Shown: in pieces, positions 20,590 through 30,140 of the stretch
How the letters are laid out: the number at the start of each line of letters is the position of its first letter
Numbering within the stretch: the first letter of the stretch is position 1
Virus record (IMG/VR): IMGVR_UViG_3300002055_000003
Coordinates: 1-64,000 of that record
Strand: one strand, 5' to 3'
Length of the DNA: 64,000 nucleotides
From: a virus
Taxonomy: Duplodnaviria > Caudoviricetes
Program-made: the position numbers and the translations under genes
Notes under the pieces: generated by a model
Database searches by the model: none
What the model saw: the letters and a program-made list of their open reading frames with translations, nothing else
What the model was told of the DNA's origin: nothing

Positions 20590-23000
20590 TATCCATTACC
20601 CTCTTCATATGCTGGGTCAAATCGAGGAGTAAAAAACTTTGGATCATATTCAACATGAATATGATTATTACTAAATCTCCCCGGATAATTTTCATATATA
20701 ACATCATAATCTCTACCGATTCTACGAGATAATGCTCTTGCTATAATACGTCCTTCATCAACTGCAACATTTATATCTGAATTTAGATTATTTGCACGTA
20801 AATCAATTGCGAAGTTTTTAAAGTGTAGTGATCCTTGACTATGTTTACTATCATTTGCCGACGTTACCACTGGCTTCAATGTTGTATGTTCTTTCCATAC
20901 TGATACAATATCATCAAGAATATTTTCAATCTCTGGTTCTATGTCATCTAATGATTTAGAACCACCAAAACGAACACCACTCTTAAGCCACAAATCAACA
21001 GTTGGGTCAATATTTTCTTGTTCTGCGGGTGATCCAAAAACCCCAACAGGCAAATATGCAATTTTTATACTTCCACCATCTTGATTTGCATCACTTTCAA
21101 ATTGTGATCGATTTACTTCATGTCTAAATTGTGCTTCCTGCTCGTAATCCCTCGCGTTTGTTTGTAATTCTTTTTGTGCAACATCGGCTGGTAATGCAGA
21201 TGATGCAGGTAGACTGAATAAATCCAATGTTTGCGTGAATACTCCATCCGAAAAATCATTTATTATTGAAAAAATATTAAAATAACCATCATACCAAAAA
21301 TCTTTAACTCCTGTTAATTCTTTTGTCGAAGGATATTTTATGTTTATTTTTACAAGACCGGGCTTTGCAGCGATGTCAGCAAGACCTGTACTCTCATCTG
21401 TTATGTTTATATTTTCAGCGGAGTAATCATCAGCAAGAGATTCATTCAATAAATTTGGATTGCCAACAATTTTAACTCTAGCTTGAATATTTTCTAGCGC
21501 GACATGTCTTGCTAAATTTTGCTCAAACGATGCATTTGTTAGTTGGTTAATATCATCATTATACATACTCGGTGGTATTGTCATCCCTAAAAACAATGGT
21601 GCTCGGCGCTTTGCTGGAATTTTCTCAGTTCCTGCTGCCTCACTTGCTCTGTAATCAGTTCCACTTCTTGCTGTAATACCATCAGGTGCATTTACACCTT
21701 GAATAGCATCTGCCTGAGTAGATTGCGTTCCTTTGGGAGTTAAATTTGTTTGAAAGAAAGATAAGCCCATATCCATTTTTATATCATAATCAAGAATATC
21801 AGTATTCTTTCCAGTATAAATGTAATCCAGTACTATAAATTCACCCGGTTCAGGTACATAATTACTTCCATAAGGTTGGTAAATAGTTTCATAGCGGCGA
21901 ATATTATATAATATTTGATAGGATACACCATCATCTGGTGGGTCTAGTGTAGTAGCAATTTTTGGTGAATATGAACGACGTGTGTCTTTATTTTCAACAC
22001 CCTCTTCTGTAAGAAATTTACATGTCTCCATGACTTTTCTAATACATGTTTCAACTGATGAATTTTCTGAAAATTTTAAAATAAATTCATCACCATCAGC
22101 AATTTGATTATGTGATTTATTTGTACCTACGATATAATTTCTACCTTGATATACAGGGTCGAGATTAAATTTGTATACAACGTCAGAAAATTTATCAGCA
22201 ATTAAGCTATTTGCGCGAGCATCGGAAGCATCTAAATTTGAACTGTTGGCTCGTCTGATATCAGCAGCCAGTTCTGGTATTAACTTTGTTTTAAACTCAT
22301 TATATTTTCTAGAAATTTCTGATTCTAATTTTTGTATCGCACTTGATAAAGGTTCTCCCTTTTGAAGTCTAATAGACAATCCATTACCAATAGATGATAT
22401 TTGCGGTAGTTTTGAAACACCATTTGATGTTCCAAACAACAATATTTTGTACAAAGACCCACCAGCTTTCATTTCAGCGGTCAAATCTATCATGATGAAT
22501 GTAAATGGTCTTATGTCATCAATTACAACTTGTTCACCATTATCGTTGATACCGACGAAAAATGTTTTTAGTATGAAAACAATTCCAGATGGATCAACGC
22601 CTAGTCTATCAGCTCCTTTTACAAGAACTTCTAAAAATTCAATACCAAATGGTTCTTCAATCACCATTTCACCATCAGTTTCAATTACATCATATTTTGA
22701 ATCCCCCAACGGTCCAATTGGAGATAATATTGTTTCCCAACTAACTGATTTAATAAAATAATTTGCGTCTCTTCGACCATCAAACAACACAATATAAAGA
22801 CCCTGTTCAGTCCCGCCTTCATCACCGGGGAGTTCTACAGCTTCTACATTGAATAGTAATTCAGGATCATTTGGTTCTGTACTAAACATTTGACTATTAT
22901 TGGTCAAACTGTTTGCTGTTTTCATTCCATCACACATAACAAGGGAATGATGAGCCGTATATGATCTAAATTGAGCTAATCTATTTTGTGGATTTGACAT
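20589..23000 (-). CDS. Baseplate hub protein (gp27-like) with C-terminal M15-type Zn peptidase
   Basis: ARVKIVGNP hub motif and position before gp5; C-terminal VTSANDSKHSQGSLHFKNFAIDLR...NHIHVEYDP. Confidence 0.7.
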   Translation of the reverse strand: MSNPQNRLAQFRSYTAHHSLVMCDGMKTANSLTNNSQMFSTEPNDPELLFNVEAVELPGDEGGTEQGLYIVLFDGRRDANYFIKSVSWETILSPIGPLGDSKYDVIETDGEMVIEEPFGIEFLEVLVKGADRLGVDPSGIVFILKTFFVGINDNGEQVVIDDIRPFTFIMIDLTAEMKAGGSLYKILLFGTSNGVSKLPQISSIGNGLSIRLQKGEPLSSAIQKLESEISRKYNEFKTKLIPELAADIRRANSSNLDASDARANSLIADKFSDVVYKFNLDPVYQGRNYIVGTNKSHNQIADGDEFILKFSENSSVETCIRKVMETCKFLTEEGVENKDTRRSYSPKIATTLDPPDDGVSYQILYNIRRYETIYQPYGSNYVPEPGEFIVLDYIYTGKNTDILDYDIKMDMGLSFFQTNLTPKGTQSTQADAIQGVNAPDGITARSGTDYRASEAAGTEKIPAKRRAPLFLGMTIPPSMYNDDINQLTNASFEQNLARHVALENIQARVKIVGNPNLLNESLADDYSAENINITDESTGLADIAAKPGLVKINIKYPSTKELTGVKDFWYDGYFNIFSIINDFSDGVFTQTLDLFSLPASSALPADVAQKELQTNARDYEQEAQFRHEVNRSQFESDANQDGGSIKIAYLPVGVFGSPAEQENIDPTVDLWLKSGVRFGGSKSLDDIEPEIENILDDIVSVWKEHTTLKPVVTSANDSKHSQGSLHFKNFAIDLRANNLNSDINVAVDEGRIIARALSRRIGRDYDVIYENYPGRFSNNHIHVEYDPKFFTPRFDPAYEEGNG

Positions 23001-23003
23001 CTA

Positions 23004-23381
23004 TTAACTCTCTATTGATATACCACCAGTTGAATTAGATAGTAATACAGTATTTAATCGCGAAGGAGTTGGTAGTTTTATAACCGCGCCTGCAATCAAT
23101 TCCTCATTTATATCAACAATGTTATTAAATTGCAATACTAACCATGCATATTTTGGATCATCATAAATTTTATAAGATATTAAATCTGCTCGACCTTCTG
23201 TTTCAACCGTAACATCAAAAAATAAATCAGTAGGGTCTGGAACCATTATTGTACGCTCCCACCAAGCAACTCGGGTATTATAAACATCTGAAACACCACC
23301 ACGAGTATATCGAGTGTTTGACAAAACAACATTATAACCTCGTTGGTTACTCTTATCCATTGTTATACCCAAGATTACCAA
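23004..23381 (-). CDS. Baseplate wedge protein, gp53/LysM-like
   Basis: EGRADLISYKIYDDPKYAWLVLQFNNIVD motif. Confidence 0.75.
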   Translation of the reverse strand: MVILGITMDKSNQRGYNVVLSNTRYTRGGVSDVYNTRVAWWERTIMVPDPTDLFFDVTVETEGRADLISYKIYDDPKYAWLVLQFNNIVDINEELIAGAVIKLPTPSRLNTVLLSNSTGGISIES

Positions 23382-24069
23382 GTCGATAATCAGATAAACT
23401 AAAATTACTCAATGCGACTGGAGACTGGGTTTCTACAAGAGCTATATCAACAGTCATAATAGTTGGCATTGGTGTTGGCTCTGCTTCATCTGTTGGAATG
23501 TAATCAACATCAGTTGGATATAAAATGCCAAGAGATTCGATAACAACAGGCACTCTATATAAATGCCCGATTGAATTAATTCCTGTTTTTGCACCACGTC
23601 TTGAATAAGCGGATAATTCTAATACTTGTGGCGGTGCTCCTAAAAATTCTTGATTAGCGCCCTGAGCTATTCCATTGATAATGTCTTTTATATAGTCAGT
23701 GTCCCTTCGTTCATTAGATGTTGATGCTACCGCTGATCGTCCTGTGCGTGCGCCTGTTTCACCAGATCGCTTACCAAAATATGGCATGGTCCAGCCGCGC
23801 AAAGTCCAAAGATATGCAAGATTTGTAGATGCTTCTTCTGGGGTTCTTGATGCTAATTTAACGGAGGTCAATTGAAATCGTCGTGACATTGATCTTTTAT
23901 AAACAGCAATTTGACCGGGTGCATGTACCGGGTCAAGGAATTCATATTGCACTTGGCGATTTTCATTTAATTCAGGGGCAACCTCAAACACAACGCCACG
24001 ACGCCGTTCCTCAACAGTATTTGCTCCCGAAGATGTCAATCTCACTTTAAATAAATTTTCTGTAGCCAA
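23353..24069 (-). CDS. Baseplate tail-tube initiator/cap (gp48-like)
   Basis: First gene of the baseplate operon, behind TAAATA at 24103..24098; VPVVIESLGILYPTDVDY...MPTIMTVDIALVE tube-fold motif. Confidence 0.6.
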   Translation of the reverse strand: MATENLFKVRLTSSGANTVEERRRGVVFEVAPELNENRQVQYEFLDPVHAPGQIAVYKRSMSRRFQLTSVKLASRTPEEASTNLAYLWTLRGWTMPYFGKRSGETGARTGRSAVASTSNERRDTDYIKDIINGIAQGANQEFLGAPPQVLELSAYSRRGAKTGINSIGHLYRVPVVIESLGILYPTDVDYIPTDEAEPTPMPTIMTVDIALVETQSPVALSNFSLSDYRLGNLGYNNG

Positions 24070-24137
24070 AATAGTCTCTTATTTTTGTGTATGAACATAT
24101 TTAGTTTTCTTGTTAATTTTTGTTTTTTAGTAATTAA

Positions 24138-24166
24138 TTGACTTAGTTAACAGATTAATATACAAT
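24138..24166 (+). promoter_or_regulatory. Sigma70-type promoter for gp55
   Basis: TTGACT-17 bp-TACAAT, then GGAG SD at 24179. Confidence 0.85.
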
Positions 24167-24192
24167 ATTGTGTTATATGGAGAAATTAATTA

Positions 24193-24783
24193 ATGTCTAA
24201 ACAAACTAGAATACAATGGCTTGATAAATCAGTAGATCGTTATCACAAATATGATGCGGAGACTGGTGAATTACTTAGCACCAAAATGACGGAGGGGCCG
24301 TACAGTGATATTGAGATCGTCAAACAGCAGCCGCTGACAGCAGAAAAGGAACAAGAAATGGCTGGTAAGAGACGCAAACGAGTTAATTATCTATCCAATA
24401 AAGAACTATTAATTGAATTTAAGAAGAGTAAGGAACAGGGCCAGATGACAGATAAATTTGCTCATATGCTCCAATTACTCGTCTATCGAATTTCAAAGAA
24501 GGGTAATTTTGTTAATTACACATACTTGGATGATATGCGAAGTTATGCGATAGTCATGCTTATGAATACATGGGATCGATTTGACCCTGAAAAAAGTGAC
24601 AAACCCAATCCTTTTGCTTACTATACTACCTGTATACAAAATAGTTATATTCAAATTTTAAATCAAGAAAAGCGACAACGAACAATTCGCGATGAATTGA
24701 TGGTAAAACAAGGACTTACGCCATCTTTCTCATATCAGGATGAACACAAATCTACACAAAATACAGAAAGTTCTGAGGAATAG
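24193..24783 (+). CDS. gp55: Late-transcription sigma factor, T4 gp55-like
   Basis: NYLSNKELL, NFVNYTYLDDM, FDPEKSDKPNPFAYYTTCIQNSYIQILNQEKRQ motifs; precedes gp47/gp46 as in T4. Confidence 0.92.
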   Translation: MSKQTRIQWLDKSVDRYHKYDAETGELLSTKMTEGPYSDIEIVKQQPLTAEKEQEMAGKRRKRVNYLSNKELLIEFKKSKEQGQMTDKFAHMLQLLVYRISKKGNFVNYTYLDDMRSYAIVMLMNTWDRFDPEKSDKPNPFAYYTTCIQNSYIQILNQEKRQRTIRDELMVKQGLTPSFSYQDEHKSTQNTESSEE

Positions 24784-24802
24784 TTCTTATAGTCATAAAT
24801 TG

Positions 24803-24811
24803 TGATATAAT
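24803..24811 (+). promoter_or_regulatory. Extended -10 promoter, 8 nt before the gp47 ATG
   Basis: TG-A-TATAAT; no SD before ATG 24820. Confidence 0.6.
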
Positions 24812-24819
24812 ACTCACAT

Positions 24820-25908
24820 ATGAAAACAATTAATGTAGATTTTAAAAAGATGTTTATGTTTACAGACATTCATTATGGGGCTGCTGACGCTGATAAAGAG
24901 CGTGGTCTACGCCATAATATGGACAATGATGCATTTATTGACTTCTGTATCGAAGAAATTAAAGCAGACCCAGTAATTGATGCTATTGGGTTTCTTGGTG
25001 ATTGGAATCAACATAGAACTGCTATTAATTTACATACATTGAAATATGCCTATGAAGGTATGAAAAAACTGAATGATCTTGGGCTACCGATTTATATCGT
25101 ATTAGGCAATCATGACTTATATAAGAAGAATGATCGTTCAATTCACTCACTACACTTCTTCGAACAGTTTGAAAATGTTCATCTAATTGAAGACCCAACG
25201 GTTCTCAAGCAGAAAAATAGGAAATACCAAGACATATTGTTTTGTCCATTTTTAATGCACGGAGAAGAGGTTGACCTAGTTCAATACCTATCAGTACCAT
25301 TATGGTTTGGACACTTTGAATTCAATGGCTATGAAGTTACTGGTCATGGTATGGTTATGACAGGTGGTGTCGATCCTGATGATTTTTCACAACCCGACTT
25401 AATTGTTTCCGGTCATTTTCATAAACGCCAAGCGAAGAAAGGCAAAAACGTTGTTTATATGGGCAATCCCTTCCCAACTAGCTATAGTGATGCTGGTGAT
25501 GAAAACCGTGGCTATGCTACATATGATTTTGAATCAAAAGAAATTGAATTTACAAACTGGGAAGATGGTCCACTTTATATCAAAACAACATTGTCCGACA
25601 TACTTGACGGAAAAGTGACTATAGATAATCGCTGTTATGTAAAATGTATTGTGGATCAAAAACTCACGTATGAAGAAAGTGCTGCATTACAAAAAGAATT
25701 AATGCAAGAATTTTTACCTAGATCATTTTCTTTAGAGGAATCCATTGAAATGAGTGATGTTATTACTGAAACCGAGGCCAGTAACAAATGGCTCAATGAT
25801 GATATGGCGTCCGTTGATGAAATGGTAGTTGATATGTTGGCTGATGTTGAGAGTGAACAACTCGATAATGACGTATTGGTTGCTATATACAACGGTTTAG
25901 TAAAATAA
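24820..25908 (+). CDS. gp47: Recombination nuclease, gp47/Mre11/SbcD-like
   Basis: Metallophosphoesterase motifs TDIHYG, LGDW, LGNHD, GHFE, SGHFH. Confidence 0.93.
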   Translation: MKTINVDFKKMFMFTDIHYGAADADKERGLRHNMDNDAFIDFCIEEIKADPVIDAIGFLGDWNQHRTAINLHTLKYAYEGMKKLNDLGLPIYIVLGNHDLYKKNDRSIHSLHFFEQFENVHLIEDPTVLKQKNRKYQDILFCPFLMHGEEVDLVQYLSVPLWFGHFEFNGYEVTGHGMVMTGGVDPDDFSQPDLIVSGHFHKRQAKKGKNVVYMGNPFPTSYSDAGDENRGYATYDFESKEIEFTNWEDGPLYIKTTLSDILDGKVTIDNRCYVKCIVDQKLTYEESAALQKELMQEFLPRSFSLEESIEMSDVITETEASNKWLNDDMASVDEMVVDMLADVESEQLDNDVLVAIYNGLVK

Positions 25909-25943
25909 TTTACCCTAATTAAACTAAGAGAAATAGTGTAAAA

Positions 25944-28727
25944 ATGATAATCTTCGATAAAGCAACATTTCAAAACTTTCTTGGGTTTGGTGAAATTCCT
26001 GTTGAATTTGAACTTAACACCGAAATGACAACGTTGATATGCGGGCATAATGGTGCAGGAAAAGCAAATTCCGTAGATTCTATGATTAAAACTCCAACCG
26101 GGTGGATTCGAATGGGGGATATTGAAATTGGCACAGATTTACAAATGCCAGATGGAAGTATTGCTCCAGTAAGTGGTGTTTATCCACAAGGTGAGATGGA
26201 TTTATATCGAGTGACCTTTCAAGACGGAAGAAGTACGGAAGTAACACTTGATCATTTATGGTCTGCTAAGTGTCATCAACGAGGCAATAAATACGAAACA
26301 CTTACAACTCAACAAATAATTGATCAACTTGAACTTAAGAATAATACTAATAATGGTGGGAAAAACTGTCTCACACTATCTGTTCCTTTAATAAAAAAGG
26401 AATGTTTTGATCATGCGTCCAATAATTTACCACTTGACCCGTATTATCTCGGACTGTTATTGGGTGATGGAGGATTTACTGACGATACTGTTAAGTTTTC
26501 ATCTGCTGACGAATATTTAATTTCAAAAATTACTGAATCAGCAAAAAACATCAATGATTATGTTAAATACAGTGATCAATACGACTATAGAATAAATGGA
26601 ACAAATACAAAGCGAGCGCTTGTTGATCTTGGTCTATATGGGCTATATTCACATGAAAAGTTTGTACCTCATTTATACTTATCTACATCATATGAAGATA
26701 GACTTGCCATGATACAAGGACTGATGGATTCAGACGGAACTGTTGGAAAAAATCAGGGTATGACTTTTACATCTACCAGTAAACAACTATCAGAAGATTT
26801 TCAATATCTAATAAGATCAATAGGCGGTACTGCAAAAATAGATCAGCGGTATACATACTATAAACATAATGGTATTAAAAAACGAGGAAAATTGTCATAT
26901 AGAGTAACAATAAACTTTCACTCAAGACGAGATTTAGTACAGTTACCTAGAAAAATGGATAGGTTAACCGAAACTACACAATATTCAAACAATCAATTAT
27001 CTATAATTAGTGTAGAGTTTTCTAGACGAGGGGATGCTCAATGTATTATGGTGAATCATCCCGATCATTTATATATAACAGACGATTTTATCGTAACCCA
27101 CAACACAACAATATTAAATGGAATTGTTTACACTCTTTATGGAAAAGCATTGAGTAACGGTGCTGGAAGAGTAGATGATCTAATCAACAATATCAATAAA
27201 AAGCGCATGTTAACCACACTTGAATTTCGTAAAGATGGTGAGCAATATAAGATATTACGTGGTAGAAAAATGGTCACAGGGGCTGCTGGGAATTATGTAA
27301 CAATATATCGCGGAGAAGAAGATATCACCCCTGATAGTGCGAACAATGCAAACAAACTAATCGAGAGTATTATGGGAATGCCCTATGATCTATTCATCAG
27401 GATTGTAACCATCTCTGCTACATATGAGCCTTTTTTGTCGCTACCAGTAAGTCATTCAACAAAGGCATGTCAAACCGCTATTATAGAAGAATTGTTTGAC
27501 TTAACATCACTTAGTGAAAAGGCCGAAATTCTAAAAGGTCAAATCAAGGATACGAAGAAGTCGCTTGAAATCCACCATGCAAGAAGAGAAGCATTACAGG
27601 AAGAACGAGAGCGCCATGAAAAACAGTTAACAAGTGCCGAGCGTCGTATGAAAGAATGGAATGAGGATACTAAAAACGAACTCTCTGAACTCTCTGAACT
27701 ACTGAAACATGCAAAGTCTATTGATGTTGAAAATGAACGATCTGTATTTGATGAAATAAAAAATCTTGAGGCTGAGTTGAGTGAATTGAGTCCAACTCGA
27801 AAGGATATTCGTAATCTACTTAAATCACATAAGGAGCTAAAGGAAAATACAGAAGCAGAAATGTCTCATTTAAAGGATGGCAACTGCCCTTATTGCAAGC
27901 AAAGCATGGAAGTTGCTAAAGAAAAATTAAGTTCTGCAAAGAAAACATTGAAGACGTGTGATCGTTCAATTACTGATTTAGAAGAACAGATAGCGACATT
28001 AACATCAACAATAGATAATGTTAATGAAAAAATAGAATCACTGGAGAGTAAAACATCAGTTAACACTGTTGAAGAACTTTTTAAAGTAGAATCAAAAATA
28101 GAAAAATATGCTTCGAAAATTGAAGAGTTGAATAAACAAGAAAATCCACATATGGAAACATTGGAAGAGTTATTAGATGTGAATGCCAGTGATTTTGATA
28201 TGGAATCTATAAATGATCTCGAAGATTTATTAAAACATCAGAACATGGTATTAAAACTTCTTACAAAGAAAGATTCTTTTGTTCGTAAAAATTTAATCAA
28301 CAAGAATATTCCATTTCTAAATAAGAGATTGAATCATTATTTGTACGAACTTAATTTACCCCAAACAATTGAATTCAAGCATGATATGACTGCTACTGTT
28401 AGTAAATTTGGTAGGTCGTTAGACTTTGGCAACCTTTCTAATGGTCAGAAGGCTCGTGTTAACTTGGCGATGTCATTTGCCTTCAGAGATGTTTTACAAA
28501 ATCTTCATGGTCAAATAAACATTTGTATGTTAGATGAAGTATTAGACATCGGATTAGATGCAGAGGGTGTTGATATTTCTTCAAATATGCTAATTAACAA
28601 AGGATTGACTGAAGGGTTATCAGTTTTTGTAATCTCTCATAAAGAAGAACTATACTCAACTTTCGATAGAATAATAAAAGTTGAGTTAGTTGATGATTTC
28701 ACAACGATAACATATCCAGAAAATTAA
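25944..28727 (+). CDS. gp46: Recombination ATPase gp46/Rad50/SbcC, intein-containing
   Basis: Walker A GHNGAGK|T split by an intein; CPYC zinc hook in coiled coil; LSNGQ signature; MLDEVLD Walker B. Confidence 0.93.
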   Translation: MIIFDKATFQNFLGFGEIPVEFELNTEMTTLICGHNGAGKANSVDSMIKTPTGWIRMGDIEIGTDLQMPDGSIAPVSGVYPQGEMDLYRVTFQDGRSTEVTLDHLWSAKCHQRGNKYETLTTQQIIDQLELKNNTNNGGKNCLTLSVPLIKKECFDHASNNLPLDPYYLGLLLGDGGFTDDTVKFSSADEYLISKITESAKNINDYVKYSDQYDYRINGTNTKRALVDLGLYGLYSHEKFVPHLYLSTSYEDRLAMIQGLMDSDGTVGKNQGMTFTSTSKQLSEDFQYLIRSIGGTAKIDQRYTYYKHNGIKKRGKLSYRVTINFHSRRDLVQLPRKMDRLTETTQYSNNQLSIISVEFSRRGDAQCIMVNHPDHLYITDDFIVTHNTTILNGIVYTLYGKALSNGAGRVDDLINNINKKRMLTTLEFRKDGEQYKILRGRKMVTGAAGNYVTIYRGEEDITPDSANNANKLIESIMGMPYDLFIRIVTISATYEPFLSLPVSHSTKACQTAIIEELFDLTSLSEKAEILKGQIKDTKKSLEIHHARREALQEERERHEKQLTSAERRMKEWNEDTKNELSELSELLKHAKSIDVENERSVFDEIKNLEAELSELSPTRKDIRNLLKSHKELKENTEAEMSHLKDGNCPYCKQSMEVAKEKLSSAKKTLKTCDRSITDLEEQIATLTSTIDNVNEKIESLESKTSVNTVEELFKVESKIEKYASKIEELNKQENPHMETLEELLDVNASDFDMESINDLEDLLKHQNMVLKLLTKKDSFVRKNLINKNIPFLNKRLNHYLYELNLPQTIEFKHDMTATVSKFGRSLDFGNLSNGQKARVNLAMSFAFRDVLQNLHGQINICMLDEVLDIGLDAEGVDISSNMLINKGLTEGLSVFVISHKEELYSTFDRIIKVELVDDFTTITYPEN
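26064..27104 (+). mobile_element. Class 3 (Ala-start) intein with LAGLIDADG endonuclease, 347 aa
   Basis: Starts ANSVDSMIKTPTGW, ends IVTHN|T; block B DHLW, block F AQCIMV, block G VTHN; YLGLLLGDG and IQGLMDSDG motifs. Confidence 0.9.
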
Positions 28728-28738
28728 CGGTTAATTTT

Positions 28739-28756
28739 TGCATCTAAATAGATGCA
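28739..28756 (+). promoter_or_regulatory. Late promoter TAAATA within hairpin TGCATCTA-AA-TAGATGCA abutting the ruvC ATG
   Basis: TAAATA at 28745-28750; ATG at 28756 is the last base of the 3' arm. Confidence 0.6.
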
Positions 28757-29307
28757 TGAAAAGAACAATGAGTGTTGACCAATCAATAACATGTACAGGT
28801 GTTTGTATTTTTGAAGATGAAAAATTAATTCATTTCGAATGCATTAAAACAACCAATGATGAATCAAATGTTGCAAGAATATCTTATATAGCATCTCGTT
28901 TGCTTGATTTGTTTAATGAATATAAATGTGATGACTTTGTTACTGAAAGTCTTGCATATGGTTCTATAGGGGACGCGACTAGAAATTTAGCGGGTTTGTT
29001 ATTTGCAATCGAAGTTAAGCTCTATGAACAATTAGGAATTGACACTGTTCCAAAAGTAACTCCCACGTCAGTCAAAAAATTTGCGACTGGTTATGGTGGT
29101 AGTGCGAAGAAAAAAGTTACTAAAAAAGATATGATGGCTGCATTACCAGAAGATGTATACAATGATTTTTACAATGCTGGATATTTAAGATCAAAAGGAC
29201 TTGCTGATTTAGCAGATGCATATTTTATCGGTTTGTATTACATCGATAAATTCAAAACAGATGTAATTGAAGTTGTTCAAATAGACGAACTTACTGAACT
29301 AAAATAA
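28756..29307 (+). CDS. ruvC: RuvC-like Holliday junction resolvase
   Basis: SVDQSITCTG, FVTESL, PTSVKKFATGYG, KKDM, DLADAYFIG catalytic motifs; start re-assigned to MKRTMSVDQ. Confidence 0.85.
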   Translation: MKRTMSVDQSITCTGVCIFEDEKLIHFECIKTTNDESNVARISYIASRLLDLFNEYKCDDFVTESLAYGSIGDATRNLAGLLFAIEVKLYEQLGIDTVPKVTPTSVKKFATGYGGSAKKKVTKKDMMAALPEDVYNDFYNAGYLRSKGLADLADAYFIGLYYIDKFKTDVIEVVQIDELTELK

Positions 29308-29316
29308 TGCTATAAT
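29308..29316 (+). promoter_or_regulatory. Extended -10 promoter, 5 nt before the purN ATG
   Basis: TG-C-TATAAT. Confidence 0.6.
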
Positions 29317-29321
29317 AGGTT

Positions 29322-29996
29322 ATGAACAATATAACGATTTTAATTTCTGGCAAAGGATCAAACATGAAGGCTATTGTAGCCGCGTGTGAAAGTGGTCGGT
29401 TAGATGGCAAGGTTACTACGGTAATAAGCAGCCAAACAGACACACAATTTCAATTAACAAAAGGATGGTGCAACATTCGAGGTATTGAATGTTATCATAA
29501 TAGACGTGATTTTTATGATTTTGAATGGATGCAACATGCTATTTTAGATGCTTTAATAGGTTTATCAAAGCCTGATTTAATTTGCCTTGCTGGATATATG
29601 AGTATATTACCAGCGCATATCGTAGAAAAATACAAGAGAAAAATGATTAATATCCATCCTTCTCTATTGCCCAAATATAAGGGCTTACGCACGCACGAGA
29701 GGGCGCTTGCGAATAAAGATATCAATGATGTCTATCATGGTGCCACAACGCATTTTGTAACTGCTGAGCTTGATTCTGGGCCTATTATCAAACAGAAACT
29801 CGTTAGTAAAGACGTAAATGATACTGTTGAAACATTAAAAGCGAGAGTTAGTAGTATTGAACACGAATTATATATTTCATCAATTGAAGAAATTTTTGAA
29901 AAAGGTATTGACAAATGCTATGAAGAATGTTTAAATCGGACATTGCCTGAATTATTCAAGCAAAATTTACAAGAATTAGAAAACTTAGACAAATAA
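29322..29996 (+). CDS. purN: Phosphoribosylglycinamide formyltransferase (auxiliary metabolic gene)
   Basis: LISGKGSN, DLICLAGYM, INIHPSLLPKYKG, GATTHFVTAELDSGPII with catalytic N/H/D intact. Confidence 0.95.
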   Translation: MNNITILISGKGSNMKAIVAACESGRLDGKVTTVISSQTDTQFQLTKGWCNIRGIECYHNRRDFYDFEWMQHAILDALIGLSKPDLICLAGYMSILPAHIVEKYKRKMINIHPSLLPKYKGLRTHERALANKDINDVYHGATTHFVTAELDSGPIIKQKLVSKDVNDTVETLKARVSSIEHELYISSIEEIFEKGIDKCYEECLNRTLPELFKQNLQELENLDK

Positions 29997-30140
29997 TAGA
30001 CATTTACTTAGACAAATAATAGACATTATAAGATTAGGCCGAGACATGAGTGCTGAAGAAGAGTAAGCGGGACACTAGCGGGAATATCTTTTTAGACAAA
30101 TAATAGACACCTTAGACAATTATTTAGACAATTACTAGAC
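29985..30140 (+). repeat. Helically phased direct-repeat array (TAGAC x9; TTAGACAAATAATAGACA x3; AGCGGGA x2)
   Basis: TAGAC at 29986, 29997, 30009, 30020, 30093, 30104, 30113, 30125, 30136; AGCGGGA at 30066 and 30077. Confidence 0.9.

Noticed and set aside
27678-27702. 9-nt tandem repeat in gp46 (ELSELSEL)
   Set aside because: In-frame coiled-coil low complexity; no evidence of function.
29908-29936. TTGACA-17-TTAAAT promoter at the end of purN driving the structured region
   Set aside because: The -10 lacks the conserved A at position 2; too weak to call.
29985-30140. CRISPR-like mini-array
   Set aside because: Repeat cores are 5-18 nt with 4-7 nt gaps; there are no 25-40 nt unique spacers and no cas genes.
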